Virus record (IMG/VR): IMGVR_UViG_3300007512_001664
Span: 136,820 to 200,819 of that record
DNA length: 64,000 nucleotides
Reading direction: 5' to 3' (one strand)
Origin: a virus
Taxonomy: Duplodnaviria > Caudoviricetes
In this document: positions 29,190-39,266 of the stretch, one piece after another
Position numbering within the stretch: the first letter of the stretch is position 1
Layout of the letters: each line of letters starts with the position of its first letter
Notes under the pieces: generated by a model
What the model was told of the DNA's origin: nothing
Databases searched by the model: none
Seen by the model: only the letters and a program-made list of their open reading frames with translations
Translations under genes and position numbers: made by a program

Positions 29190-29972
29190 ATCTCTCAATA
29201 CTTTTACAATATATTTTAAGATTTCAGACCGTACAATATCCAACTCATTAAATTTAAATGTACATATACCGTGCTTATAGGACTCCTCCGTATTAAATGC
29301 ATTTAAAATTGATTTAAAACCAGTCTTACTTCCTATATCACTTTGCTGAGTATCTCCGGTTACTATATATTTTGTATTTTCACCGAATCGTGTTAAAATT
29401 GTAGTTAATTCCCCGGAGGTTAAATTTTGTGCTTCATCAATTAAAACACAGGCGTTATTAAACGTTAATCCACGTACGTAATTTACCGGAACACACTTAA
29501 TATATTGTTCAGTTATTAGACTAGAAGATAAAGACTTATCTAAAAATTCATTTAATTTTTCAAATAACGGAAAACACCACGGTAAAAATTTATCATCAAC
29601 TTCTCCCGGTAATGAGCCCATGCTTTTTGACGCTGACTCTACAATACTTCGTATGTAGATAATTTCTTGTACTTTTTGTGTACGTAATAATTGTAATGCG
29701 ACATATACTGATAAATATGTCTTTGCCGACCCGGCAGGCCCATCGACTAACGCCATTCTACATATATCCTTAAAACATGTTTCAAGGAATTGTTCGTGAA
29801 CGGGTGTTATTTCATATTTTTGTTTAACATCAAAATTTAGGAATGTATTCTTCTCTATACTTTCTTTAATTTCCTTATTGTTAACTAATTTTTTCTTACT
29901 AACTCGTCTGCCACTTAATGCAGTCTTTTTAGTTGAGTTAGAAACCGACGCGGAACGTCCTTTTCTAGCCAT
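29172..29972 (-). CDS. phoH: PhoH-like ATPase
   Basis: GPAGSAKT, GSLPGEVDDK, RGLTF, IDEAQN, TRFG, GDTQQSD, DIVRS. Confidence 0.93.
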   Translation of the reverse strand: MARKGRSASVSNSTKKTALSGRRVSKKKLVNNKEIKESIEKNTFLNFDVKQKYEITPVHEQFLETCFKDICRMALVDGPAGSAKTYLSVYVALQLLRTQKVQEIIYIRSIVESASKSMGSLPGEVDDKFLPWCFPLFEKLNEFLDKSLSSSLITEQYIKCVPVNYVRGLTFNNACVLIDEAQNLTSGELTTILTRFGENTKYIVTGDTQQSDIGSKTGFKSILNAFNTEESYKHGICTFKFNELDIVRSEILKYIVKVLRDLKMEA

Positions 29973-30026
29973 ATCTTTAAATATTTATTGCAATTTACCT
30001 AGATCGAAATCAATAATTAACAGTTA

Positions 30027-30830
30027 TTGGTGATAAAAATATTTACAGGATGGAGTAATCCCGGTGGTTCTACTACAGCATTTATTAATTTATGCAATTT
30101 ATTTAATAACAACGGTCATGAATGTATAATGTACGGTCCTCATGACTGGCATCTCGATAAATGTAATGGTGCAAAGTTACAGACTGCAACCACTAAAGAA
30201 TCAGATAAAGTTATATATCACTTTTTACATGTAAGAAAAACTAGACCTAATGTTGATAAATTTATTTTAAGCTTACATGAAAAAGAGCTATATCCGTTAA
30301 AGCAAACACCTGTTCATATTTTTGATAAAATACATTTTTTAAATAAACAGCAGTTACTATGGCACGAAGCTCATACTATAAAAAATTTATCTTGGTTTAT
30401 TTGCGGTAACGTAAATGAAGATTTAAAACCTTTTAACAAACCTAAACAAAAAATTGCTGGTATTATAGGTAGTATTGATAAAAATAAACAAGTACATGTT
30501 TCTATAGAGAGAGCTATAAAAGATGGTCATACTGATATTCGAATATACGGGACAATAAATGATCCTGATTATTACGAAAGTGACGTAAAACCTGTTATTG
30601 AAAAGTATTCTAAACAAGTCAAACTAATTGGTTATGTAGAAGAGAAACAAACAATATATGATACCATAACTGACGTGTATCATTCGTCATTATCCGAAAA
30701 TGCTTCTCTTGTATCAGATGAGTGTAAGTTAACTGATGTAAGCTTTCATGGTAATGAAAATATTATAGAACAAAGTTTGTGGTCGAATGTTGGTATTTTA
30801 AAGATTTGGAGAGATCAATTAGAGTTATGA
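30027..30830 (+). CDS. GT-B glycosyltransferase-like protein (start probably GTG at 30030)
   Basis: PGGSTTA, GIIGSIDKNKQ, VYHSSLSENASLVSDEC (GT4 ExF-x7-E-like). Confidence 0.7.
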   Translation: MVIKIFTGWSNPGGSTTAFINLCNLFNNNGHECIMYGPHDWHLDKCNGAKLQTATTKESDKVIYHFLHVRKTRPNVDKFILSLHEKELYPLKQTPVHIFDKIHFLNKQQLLWHEAHTIKNLSWFICGNVNEDLKPFNKPKQKIAGIIGSIDKNKQVHVSIERAIKDGHTDIRIYGTINDPDYYESDVKPVIEKYSKQVKLIGYVEEKQTIYDTITDVYHSSLSENASLVSDECKLTDVSFHGNENIIEQSLWSNVGILKIWRDQLEL

Positions 30831-31552
30831 GCAATATTATTCAAACATTATGGATCGGAGATACACTTTCATGTATGGAGATTCTGTCTTTAAATTCGTT
30901 TGTTAAAAACGATATGGAAATTCATTTATATTGTTATGAAGACATAAAGAATGTACCAGATGGTGTTATCATAAAAGACGGTAAGGATATTCTTCCTAAA
31001 GAAGATGTTTTTGCTTATCAAGTGGGACCTGGTAAGGGCTCATATTCTGCTTTTTCTAATTATTTTCGGTATAAACTATTGTACGAAAAGGGAGGCTGGT
31101 GGGTTGATACTGATATGGTCTGCTTACAGCCATGGGAATTTGAAGACGAATATGTATTTTGCTCAGAGGAAGACTACGATACACATAAACCTATATTAAA
31201 CACAGGAGCCATTAAATGTCCGAAGGGAGATAAGTTAATGGATTATTGTTATAATGAGTGTTTAAAGAAAGATAAAAAAACATTAGAGTGGGGAATTGTC
31301 GGTCCTAGGTTATTGAATGAAGCTGTAAACAAATTTAATTATAATGAGTATATTAAACCTATACATACTTTTTGTTTTATTGCTCCCTTTAGATCAAATT
31401 TGTTCATCACTCCAGGCAAAGTAATGAAACCTAGTAATAGTATATACGGATTACATTTATGGAATGAAGCATGGAGACGTATAGGTTTAGATAAGAAGGG
31501 TACTTATCCACCGACTTCAATCTATGAGCAATTAAAAGCAAAATATGTATAA
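30827..31552 (+). CDS. GT32-like DxD glycosyltransferase
   Basis: IQTLWIG, FSNYFRY.LLY..GGWWVDTD, GPRLL, HLWNE; ATGA overlap supports the ATG at 30827. Confidence 0.88.
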   Translation: MSNIIQTLWIGDTLSCMEILSLNSFVKNDMEIHLYCYEDIKNVPDGVIIKDGKDILPKEDVFAYQVGPGKGSYSAFSNYFRYKLLYEKGGWWVDTDMVCLQPWEFEDEYVFCSEEDYDTHKPILNTGAIKCPKGDKLMDYCYNECLKKDKKTLEWGIVGPRLLNEAVNKFNYNEYIKPIHTFCFIAPFRSNLFITPGKVMKPSNSIYGLHLWNEAWRRIGLDKKGTYPPTSIYEQLKAKYV

Positions 31553-33185
31553 TATAGTATTTTTAGTTAATAAACAATATTTTGATACTAAAATGTCTCG
31601 TGTTAGGTTTCATTCTATACGAGCTTTATTTGATCATGTAGATGTTAACGGTATATATACTGGTCCGGGTTGGGATAATTGGGATTCTGGTTTATTAGCA
31701 CAGGAGAATTTAGATAATATCCTTCAAGGAGATGAATGTCATTTAGTTATTGGTTATAAACCTCTTGAGATTTCTGGTTTTGCGGATATTACTTATACTA
31801 AATGTATTCGTTATAATGAAATGTATGATAAACAATGGACCTTAAGAGAAATAACTGAGAGTAAAGCTAATGTTATTGTATGTCATCATTATAATGACTA
31901 TAAAGAATATATAACTATCTTAAAAAATAAAAAACTTAATCATATTAAATCTTTAACATGGGTCCCCCATAGCGCAGAGTCTAGTATATTTAAACCTAAA
32001 CCTGAAATAGAAAAAAAATATGATGTAGCATTAGTTGGTGCCACAAATGTTACAACAATGTTAGGCGAGCATTATCCTTTAAGAGCAAGAATGGCTAGAT
32101 TACTTAATTTAATGCCATCAAAATATAAATGGGCAGTTATTCCTCATGTCGGTGGATCACATTCTGATGCATATACAGATAAATATGCACACGATTTTGC
32201 AGACAAAATAAATTCTTCGAAGATTATTATTACAGATAGTGGTGCACCTAAATCTAGGTTTGGAAAATATATAGAAGTCCCTATGTGCGGGGTCGCCTTA
32301 GCGGGTGATGTATACGATGATCATCCAAAAGATGTCGATCTGTTAAAATCTTTTTTGATTGATATTAATATGCAAATGTCTGATCAAGAAATTATTAAAA
32401 AACTTATTTATTATTTAGAAAATGACTCTGAAAGAGAAAAAAAAGTAAACTCCGGTATTCAGTATACTAAAGATTTTACTCAAGAAAGATATGCAGAGAG
32501 ATTTATTAACATATTAAGCAGTATTCGAAAAAAACCTAGAGTTAATTATTTTGATTTAGGCTTACATACTGGTTTAGAATTGAAGTATGTTCTTACTCAC
32601 ATATTAACGCCTCATAAAAAGGTAATAGATTTTAAAACTTACGGCTTCGAGGCATCTGAGAAGTTCGCCCTACGTCTCGAGGAGCAATATCATCCCCAAC
32701 CAGAGTTAAATACAACAATAATTCATAAGGCTATCTCAAATACAGAAGATAAGATTAAACTCTATCACGTTAACTTGGATATACAACCGAACGAAGTTGG
32801 TAACTCTATTTTTAGAACTAAAAATAATGTAACAGATGAGTACGAGGAAGTTAAAGGTATTATATTTTCTAAATGGTTAAAAGAAAACGTACCTGATTAT
32901 GAAGAGCATTTTAATATTTTAAAGGTTAATATAGAGGGTGCGGAATGGCATTTATTTAACGACATGGTAGATAATGATATGTTACAATACTTTCCGGTTA
33001 TTTTAGGAGCGGGTCATGACGTGGATAAAGTCTCTGAACTTGATTCTGACAAATATTGGAAGCTTATTAAAGACAATAATATAAACATTCATAGATTTGT
33101 AGCTGATTGGCGCCCGGAACTGAATGCGAATATATCTGAGATAATAAGAAAGGAGTTTAAATTATGGAAACAAAATCGGATATAG
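31545..33185 (+). CDS. GT-B glycosyltransferase (YkvP-like) fused to an FkbM-like methyltransferase
   Basis: KYDVALVG, KYIEVPMCG in the N-terminal half; FDLGLHTG, GFEAS, LKVNIEGAE in the C-terminal half. Confidence 0.75.
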   Translation: MYNIVFLVNKQYFDTKMSRVRFHSIRALFDHVDVNGIYTGPGWDNWDSGLLAQENLDNILQGDECHLVIGYKPLEISGFADITYTKCIRYNEMYDKQWTLREITESKANVIVCHHYNDYKEYITILKNKKLNHIKSLTWVPHSAESSIFKPKPEIEKKYDVALVGATNVTTMLGEHYPLRARMARLLNLMPSKYKWAVIPHVGGSHSDAYTDKYAHDFADKINSSKIIITDSGAPKSRFGKYIEVPMCGVALAGDVYDDHPKDVDLLKSFLIDINMQMSDQEIIKKLIYYLENDSEREKKVNSGIQYTKDFTQERYAERFINILSSIRKKPRVNYFDLGLHTGLELKYVLTHILTPHKKVIDFKTYGFEASEKFALRLEEQYHPQPELNTTIIHKAISNTEDKIKLYHVNLDIQPNEVGNSIFRTKNNVTDEYEEVKGIIFSKWLKENVPDYEEHFNILKVNIEGAEWHLFNDMVDNDMLQYFPVILGAGHDVDKVSELDSDKYWKLIKDNNINIHRFVADWRPELNANISEIIRKEFKLWKQNRI

Positions 33186-33772
33186 ATTTTATAGTAAAAA
33201 AACATCACTTAAACGATACTGGTTTAACGAGACATTATTTAACTTTATACTCTATAGTTTTAGGAATGGAGTCGAAGAATGTATTTGAATTCGGCGCCGG
33301 TTTTTCGACTCAAGCAATGGTTGAGGCGTTAAAATTAACTGGCGGTAAATTAACTAGTGTAGATAAAAGGTCTCTATCTGAGCGAGAAGATATTCCTGAT
33401 GATTTTGTAACTGATAGTAAGGATATATGGTCATTTTGCCCAGGAAACTCTTTAGATGTTGTACCTACTTTAGATCATAGTGAATGTTATGATGTTGTAT
33501 TACATGACGGTTCTCATACTGATGTAGAAGTTACTAAAGATTTAAATAATATAGCTCCATATGTTAAAAGTGGAGGATTAGTTTTAGTACACGACACAGC
33601 TCATTATGATCTCGGTCCTGAAATGAGACGAGGCCTAGCAAATAGTGATTTAATTAAAAAATATAAACACGACGGAACAACATTACCTTATGGTTACGGT
33701 CTGACTATTGTAAAAATATTTGATAACCCTGATAATAATAAAAAAGTTAACATACTATGGAGAAAAGAATAA
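33164..33772 (+). CDS. class I SAM-dependent methyltransferase (Methyltransf_24-like)
   Basis: FEFGAGFS, VLHDGSH, GGLVLVHDT. Confidence 0.85.
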   Translation: METKSDIDFIVKKHHLNDTGLTRHYLTLYSIVLGMESKNVFEFGAGFSTQAMVEALKLTGGKLTSVDKRSLSEREDIPDDFVTDSKDIWSFCPGNSLDVVPTLDHSECYDVVLHDGSHTDVEVTKDLNNIAPYVKSGGLVLVHDTAHYDLGPEMRRGLANSDLIKKYKHDGTTLPYGYGLTIVKIFDNPDNNKKVNILWRKE

Positions 33773-34722
33773 CATTTCTTACAACTCATCGTGACTTCAA
33801 CACAGGCTCTTACAGGATCTGGATTCATGATCTTAATAATTATTTTCAACAATTAAATATACCCTCTCAGATTGCTCATGATATTGGAGATGAAGAGATT
33901 GTTATTGTTGTAAAGGGTGAACTTGAATTAGCTCACAATATAAAAATAGCTCACCCAGAAAAAAAGGTAGGATTAATAAATCCCGCGATAGGTAAATATG
34001 ATTATTGTGATTTTCTTATTGTAGGTTCGATAGAAGAACAAGCAAGTTTATCAATGAACAAAAATGTATTTTTGTATCCGTTAATTGAAGAATTATATCA
34101 AAATATAGATATAAAAGAACATACTGATACAGATGTATTACGTTTTTGCTTTCATGGTCATTACCCTCATTTAGCTAAGTTTGATCCACATGTCAAACTC
34201 GCATTGGAAGAATTTTCTAAAGAGAGGGAAATTGAGCTGCTTATTATTCATGGCCATCCAGAGTTTGATTGGCAAATTGGTCGACCGGATATAAAAATAA
34301 AATATAAGCCATGGCATGCAGGTACAATAGCTCAGAATATTCTATCAGCTGATATAGGATTATGCCCTAATGTTACATATATAGATGATTATAAGCGAGA
34401 TCAGGTTATTGATACTGGAGCATATGACACGGATTATGTAGTTAGGTTTAAAAATAAATCTAACGCTGGTAGAGCGTTTGTTTTTCATCAATTAGGGTTA
34501 CCTGTTGTAACAGATCTTACTCCCAGCAACTTACATATTCTAGGAAACCCTGAACATGGTTTAATTGCCGCAGATAAAGACGGGTGGCTAAAGGCATTTA
34601 GACAGCTATCATCTTCTAATAACAGAAACGAAATGGCATTAAAGGCGAAACAAGAATTTGACAGGCTTTATGATCCGTTAGTATGGGCGAAGAGAATATA
34701 TACACAGCTAAATGAGTTATAA
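33757..34722 (+). CDS. glycosyltransferase-like protein (GT-B)
   Basis: GSYRIW, ADIGLCP, KSNAGR..LGLPVVTD. Confidence 0.6.
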   Translation: MEKRITFLTTHRDFNTGSYRIWIHDLNNYFQQLNIPSQIAHDIGDEEIVIVVKGELELAHNIKIAHPEKKVGLINPAIGKYDYCDFLIVGSIEEQASLSMNKNVFLYPLIEELYQNIDIKEHTDTDVLRFCFHGHYPHLAKFDPHVKLALEEFSKEREIELLIIHGHPEFDWQIGRPDIKIKYKPWHAGTIAQNILSADIGLCPNVTYIDDYKRDQVIDTGAYDTDYVVRFKNKSNAGRAFVFHQLGLPVVTDLTPSNLHILGNPEHGLIAADKDGWLKAFRQLSSSNNRNEMALKAKQEFDRLYDPLVWAKRIYTQLNEL

Positions 34723-35344
34723 AGAATTAGTTTCAAAATATGGCCGTGGTTTAATGAGTCATGTTCAGTATACTGAAATAGCTAAAGAGTTAGAGCCACA
34801 CTGTCCTTGTAATTTACTAGTTTTCGGTTTAGGAGACGACTCTCATTTGTGGCAAAACTTAAACATTAAGGGTGTAACAGTTTTTTTAGAAGATGATCAA
34901 TCTTGGATAGATAAAATTTCAAATAAAAGCACAGAAGATTGTTCATATTTTGAGAATACTAATGAATTAACGGTACATCATATAAATTATAAAACAAAGA
35001 TACAAGATTATCATCAAATAAATCTCGGTGTTAGAGATGATTCATTTTTTGATGAGGAAGAAATTAAAATCGATTTACCTTCTGAAGTAACGGATATTTT
35101 ATGGGATTTTATAATTGTAGATGGCCCGTTAGGTCATCAACCACCACGGCCATATAATGGACCAGGTCGGATGAGTAGTATTTTTTCCGCTTATTCATTG
35201 ATAAAAGAAGATGGCATTATTGTTATAGATGATTATAATAGAGGTATTGAAAAAACATATTCAGATCATTATTTTGGGAAAGAAAATTTATTTAAAATGG
35301 TAGAAGGAAAGGTAGGTTTTTTTAAAAATGCAAAAAAGAGATAA
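34712..35344 (+). CDS. DUF579 (GXM/IRX15-like) polysaccharide O-methyltransferase-like protein
   Basis: CNLLVFGLGDDSHLW..LN..G.TVFLEDD..W, WDFIIVDGP.G, GPGRMSSIFSA. Confidence 0.8.
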   Translation: MSYKELVSKYGRGLMSHVQYTEIAKELEPHCPCNLLVFGLGDDSHLWQNLNIKGVTVFLEDDQSWIDKISNKSTEDCSYFENTNELTVHHINYKTKIQDYHQINLGVRDDSFFDEEEIKIDLPSEVTDILWDFIIVDGPLGHQPPRPYNGPGRMSSIFSAYSLIKEDGIIVIDDYNRGIEKTYSDHYFGKENLFKMVEGKVGFFKNAKKR

Positions 35345-36071
35345 AGGTATAATTTATACAGTTTATAATGCACTGGGTAATATGGAATTTTTTAGAGAAT
35401 TAAGTATCTCTGTAGAGTCTTTTAGAAAATTTCATCCTGATCTTCATATTACTTGCTTTTCTGATATGAAGCCAGATGAGTTATTAAAGTTAGTACCAGG
35501 TATTGATGAATGCATACAAATTAATTGCCAGATATTAAGAGCAAAGGTCGATGTACTTAAGCATTCTCCATATGAAAAGACATTGTTCCTTGATACAGAC
35601 ACAGTTTTTAACTATAATGTTTACGACATATTTGATATGTTAGATGAATATGAGCTAGTTATTACTCATTGTTTGGCTAGAAAGAGAGAAAAATATTCAA
35701 AATGTATACCTGAATATAAAAACATTCCATATGCTTTTTCAGAAGTTAATACTGGTGTTTTAGGATTTAAAAAGTGTGATAATATAGATAACTTATTTGA
35801 TCTTTGGCCGAAATATTATCGTAAGTATTACAATGTTTGTCCATATGATCAACCTACATTTAGAGTTTCTTTATGGGAATCAAAAGCTAGATTATATATT
35901 TTACCTCCAGAGTATAATGCTAGGAGTAAACAGAACAGAGAAAAACAAAGAACGTTTCATCATGAATTTGGTCATGAGCATCTTAGAGAGAGAATTCTTC
36001 ATATGCATCATAAACAAAAAAATCTCGATTCAGCATTACAATATTGCTTAGAGAATTATCTTGAATATTAA
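35328..36071 (+). CDS. GT-A (GT8-like) glycosyltransferase
   Basis: SPYEKTLFLDTDT, NTGV, DQPTFR, EYN. Confidence 0.78.
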   Translation: MQKRDKGIIYTVYNALGNMEFFRELSISVESFRKFHPDLHITCFSDMKPDELLKLVPGIDECIQINCQILRAKVDVLKHSPYEKTLFLDTDTVFNYNVYDIFDMLDEYELVITHCLARKREKYSKCIPEYKNIPYAFSEVNTGVLGFKKCDNIDNLFDLWPKYYRKYYNVCPYDQPTFRVSLWESKARLYILPPEYNARSKQNREKQRTFHHEFGHEHLRERILHMHHKQKNLDSALQYCLENYLEY

Positions 36072-37669
36072 TGATTTGGACCAATACATCTCTTTTTGAT
36101 TCTCTTTTACCAAAAGAGCTAGTAACAACTACTCCAAGTAAAGCTACGTCAATTATATTAGGTGCTCCGCCTATAGATATAAAATTATTCCCTAATGTTA
36201 AATTTGTTTTTCGTGCAGGAGTTGGTACAGATAATGTAAATTTTTCTTCTGACATACAAGTAGAGTTTCCTTCAGTAAAAACTAAGAATTACATCTATGA
36301 AGAAACTGCAAATTTTACTTGTAGTTTAATATTTAAAATGTTATATGATGGTATAGGAGACTTAACATCATGGAGTAGTACTCAAAGACACGTTCTTACA
36401 AATAAGACTCTTCTTATTATCGGTCTAGGTAATATAGGACAAAGAGTTAAACATAAAATGGCTCCGTTTATTAAAAATATATTAACTTATGATATTTTAA
36501 ATGATGATAGACCTCCTGATTACAGTAAAGCTGATATAGTTACTCTTCATATACCTTATACTCCTCAAAATAAGAATTTTATTAATAAAGAAAATCTTAA
36601 GAGATTTAAATCTGATGCTATTTTAATTAATACGGCTCGCGGTCCTTTAGTTAATGAAGATGATCTTTACCATCACTTAAAAATTACTAACATGCGTGCC
36701 GCGTTTGATGCTTTTTGGGAAGAGCCGTATACAGGTAAGCTTACTGAATTTAAAAGTGATAAGTTTTTCATGACACCTCATATAGCTAGTTCTAGTATAG
36801 AGTTTATTGAAGGTTGTTACGAAGATTTTAAATCACATCATGTACAAATTGCCGGTGCCGCTCGTCATCTGACGGATAAAACCCCGGAACTAGATAAAGC
36901 CATAGAGTATACGGCGGGGTCGTATACTAACTTCTTAAAAGGTAAGAAAGTTATTATTATTGGCCCAGCACAGTATGTTACTACTAAACCGTTCTATGGT
37001 TTTGGTGAAAAAATAGATAAAGAATTTGACGTTGTAGTAAGATTGAACAGAGGGTTAGATGTCATAGATAAGTACAAACCATATATCGGCTCTAAAACAG
37101 ATGTATTTTATAATTGTCTTATAGAGCATAAAGATAATGGAGGTATAATAGATATTAATAGACTTAAAGATCATAACATACAGTGGGTATGTACAATACC
37201 ACATTCTGATATTAAAGGTAATTGCCATAATAACAGGTTAAGTCCGATGGTCAATTTACAAACCGTATCTAAGATAGCAAACAATTTTAATTTTCACGTA
37301 ATGGATTATAGATTGTATGGAGAATTAAACAAAGGAGTAGCTTGTAGAGCTAATACTGGTTTTGCAGCGATATTTGATCTGTTAAATCGCGATGTTGAGT
37401 CTCTTTACGTTACTGGCTTTAGTTTTTATTTAGATAATTTTACACCAGGTTATAAAGAAGGTTGTACGAGAGATGAAGAGGAATTTGCTAAGCAATGTTT
37501 TGCATCTAAACGACATAATCAAGTAAATCAATGGGAGTATTCTCGTAAACATTTAAAAGATAACCCTAAAGTTATTTTAGACGACGTATTAACTAAAATT
37601 TTAAATTTAAAAACTCTTAGTAGAGAAGAATTTAATGAAAAAACTCAAGATTTATATAGTAACGTATAA
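36071..37669 (+). CDS. D-2-hydroxyacid dehydrogenase fused to a GT29 sialyltransferase-like domain
   Basis: N-terminal: IGLGNIG, LHIP, INTARG, DAFWEEP, TPHIAS. C-terminal: KKVIIIGPA..IDKEFDVVVRLN..GSKTD (sialylmotif L-like) and NTGFAAI..LYVTGFSF (sialylmotif S-like). Confidence 0.78.
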   Translation: MIWTNTSLFDSLLPKELVTTTPSKATSIILGAPPIDIKLFPNVKFVFRAGVGTDNVNFSSDIQVEFPSVKTKNYIYEETANFTCSLIFKMLYDGIGDLTSWSSTQRHVLTNKTLLIIGLGNIGQRVKHKMAPFIKNILTYDILNDDRPPDYSKADIVTLHIPYTPQNKNFINKENLKRFKSDAILINTARGPLVNEDDLYHHLKITNMRAAFDAFWEEPYTGKLTEFKSDKFFMTPHIASSSIEFIEGCYEDFKSHHVQIAGAARHLTDKTPELDKAIEYTAGSYTNFLKGKKVIIIGPAQYVTTKPFYGFGEKIDKEFDVVVRLNRGLDVIDKYKPYIGSKTDVFYNCLIEHKDNGGIIDINRLKDHNIQWVCTIPHSDIKGNCHNNRLSPMVNLQTVSKIANNFNFHVMDYRLYGELNKGVACRANTGFAAIFDLLNRDVESLYVTGFSFYLDNFTPGYKEGCTRDEEEFAKQCFASKRHNQVNQWEYSRKHLKDNPKVILDDVLTKILNLKTLSREEFNEKTQDLYSNV

Positions 37670-38528
37670 GAGATCAGATGTTTTAAATGATACATTAGAA
37701 AAATTATTTAAATCTGATTTCTCTCAAATACCAAATACAGAAGTTAATATAATTAACAATCATACTGACTTTAAACTTAATTCGCAATTTAAAGACAAGG
37801 TTAATGTATTACATAACGTCCTTAGACCAGATTGGTCTAACGGTAATTTAGCTGAAAATTGGAACCAAGCTTTAATTAATGGGTTTAAAGATCTCAATAA
37901 ACCAGATTGTGAGTATCTAGTTACAATGCAAAATGATACAAGTGTTCATCCTAACTGGTGTAGTAATCTTTTAAAAATGCATAAGAAGTATAATTTTATC
38001 GTAGGTAAGTTTGGCGATAATTTAGTAAGCTATACACCAGCAGCTGTTAAGAAGATTGGCATTTGGGATGAAAATTTCTTTGGAGTACAGTATAAAGAAG
38101 CAGATTATTGGTTACGAGCTTTAATTTTTAATAAAGAAAAATCGTGTATTAATGACATCCTACATGGTATTGAATTGAATAACACTGATGCTCTTGAATT
38201 AGACACAGTAGCTGATCGAGTATTTGTTAAAGAACAAGGTTTTAGAGGAGATGAAACGTTAAAGCGAAGAGCAGATGACTCCGAGCATCAAGAAATTTGG
38301 AAAACTAGATCTGGTATATATAAAGAATATGCTTGGATGTATTTTTTTAATAAATGGAACGGTACATGGATTAAAAAACCGGAAAAATCTCAGTGGGTCA
38401 AGGCATGGCCAGCGGAACTTATTAATAACCCACCTGATATAACAAAATCTAAAATTAAATCTATCATAAAGTATTTGTATTTCGAAAAAGATATAGAAAA
38501 CTTGAAAGGTAAAAATTATTTGTTATAG
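37635..38528 (+). CDS. GT2-like glycosyltransferase
   Basis: IVTYKR, IINNH, MQND, GIWDENF..EADYWLR. Confidence 0.75.
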   Translation: MKKLKIYIVTYKRSDVLNDTLEKLFKSDFSQIPNTEVNIINNHTDFKLNSQFKDKVNVLHNVLRPDWSNGNLAENWNQALINGFKDLNKPDCEYLVTMQNDTSVHPNWCSNLLKMHKKYNFIVGKFGDNLVSYTPAAVKKIGIWDENFFGVQYKEADYWLRALIFNKEKSCINDILHGIELNNTDALELDTVADRVFVKEQGFRGDETLKRRADDSEHQEIWKTRSGIYKEYAWMYFFNKWNGTWIKKPEKSQWVKAWPAELINNPPDITKSKIKSIIKYLYFEKDIENLKGKNYLL

Positions 38529-38533
38529 ACTAT

Positions 38534-38561
38534 TTGACAAACTATTGTAATTATATATATA
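38534..38561 (+). promoter_or_regulatory. possible sigma70-like promoter (TTGACA..TATATA) before the first neuA-like gene
   Basis: Perfect -35 box in a 36-bp intergenic gap; -10 register ambiguous. Confidence 0.45.
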
Positions 38562-38564
38562 AGG

Positions 38565-39266
38565 ATGAAGATTTTTATACCAATTAAACATGAATCTCAG
38601 AGAGTACCTGGTAAGAATTTTCGGCAATTAAGCGGTCTACCTCTTTACAAACATACACTTTACAAATTAAAAGATTATAAGGTTTTTGTTGATACGGATA
38701 GTGATGAAATAATTCATAATATACGTAATGATGTTAATTTAAGGAATGTTGTTACTCTTAAGAGACCTCATTATTTATGTGGTAACGATGTATCAGTAAA
38801 TAAACTTATTGATAATCTTTTAAATGGGCATTGGCGCGGCGGAGCAGAGACATCTACAGTTATAGAGCCTAGCGATGTCGTATGTCAAATTCATGTAACT
38901 AGTCCTTTCCTTAAATTAGAAACTTTAGAGAAGGCGTATAAGTTTTTTGAAAATGATAAGTGTGATTCCGTTGTTAGTTGTAATTTAATAAATTCTCGTT
39001 TATGGAGAAAGGAAGAATATGGTTATTGTCCCGTAAATCACAACCCTCTAAAACTAGAACAAACTCAATCACTTCCAACGTTGTATGAAGAGAATTCTGC
39101 TTTTTATATGTTTAAAAAAAGTGTATTTACTACTATTAAAAATAGGGTAGGTAAAAACCCAGCTTTCTTTAAAGTCGATCATCCTGAGAATTTTGATATT
39201 GACACAGAAGATAATTGGCGGGAGTGTTTAAAAATTAATGAGACTCTTATGGCAACAACTTCCTAG
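38565..39266 (+). CDS. neuA: acylneuraminate/ulosonate cytidylyltransferase (NeuA-like) 1
   Basis: IPIKHESQRVPGKN, VDTDS, HVTSPF, EENSAFY, DIDTEDNW. Confidence 0.85.
   Translation: MKIFIPIKHESQRVPGKNFRQLSGLPLYKHTLYKLKDYKVFVDTDSDEIIHNIRNDVNLRNVVTLKRPHYLCGNDVSVNKLIDNLLNGHWRGGAETSTVIEPSDVVCQIHVTSPFLKLETLEKAYKFFENDKCDSVVSCNLINSRLWRKEEYGYCPVNHNPLKLEQTQSLPTLYEENSAFYMFKKSVFTTIKNRVGKNPAFFKVDHPENFDIDTEDNWRECLKINETLMATTS

Noticed and set aside
29172-29972. phoH as a novelty
   Set aside because: A common auxiliary gene of T4-like aquatic phages.
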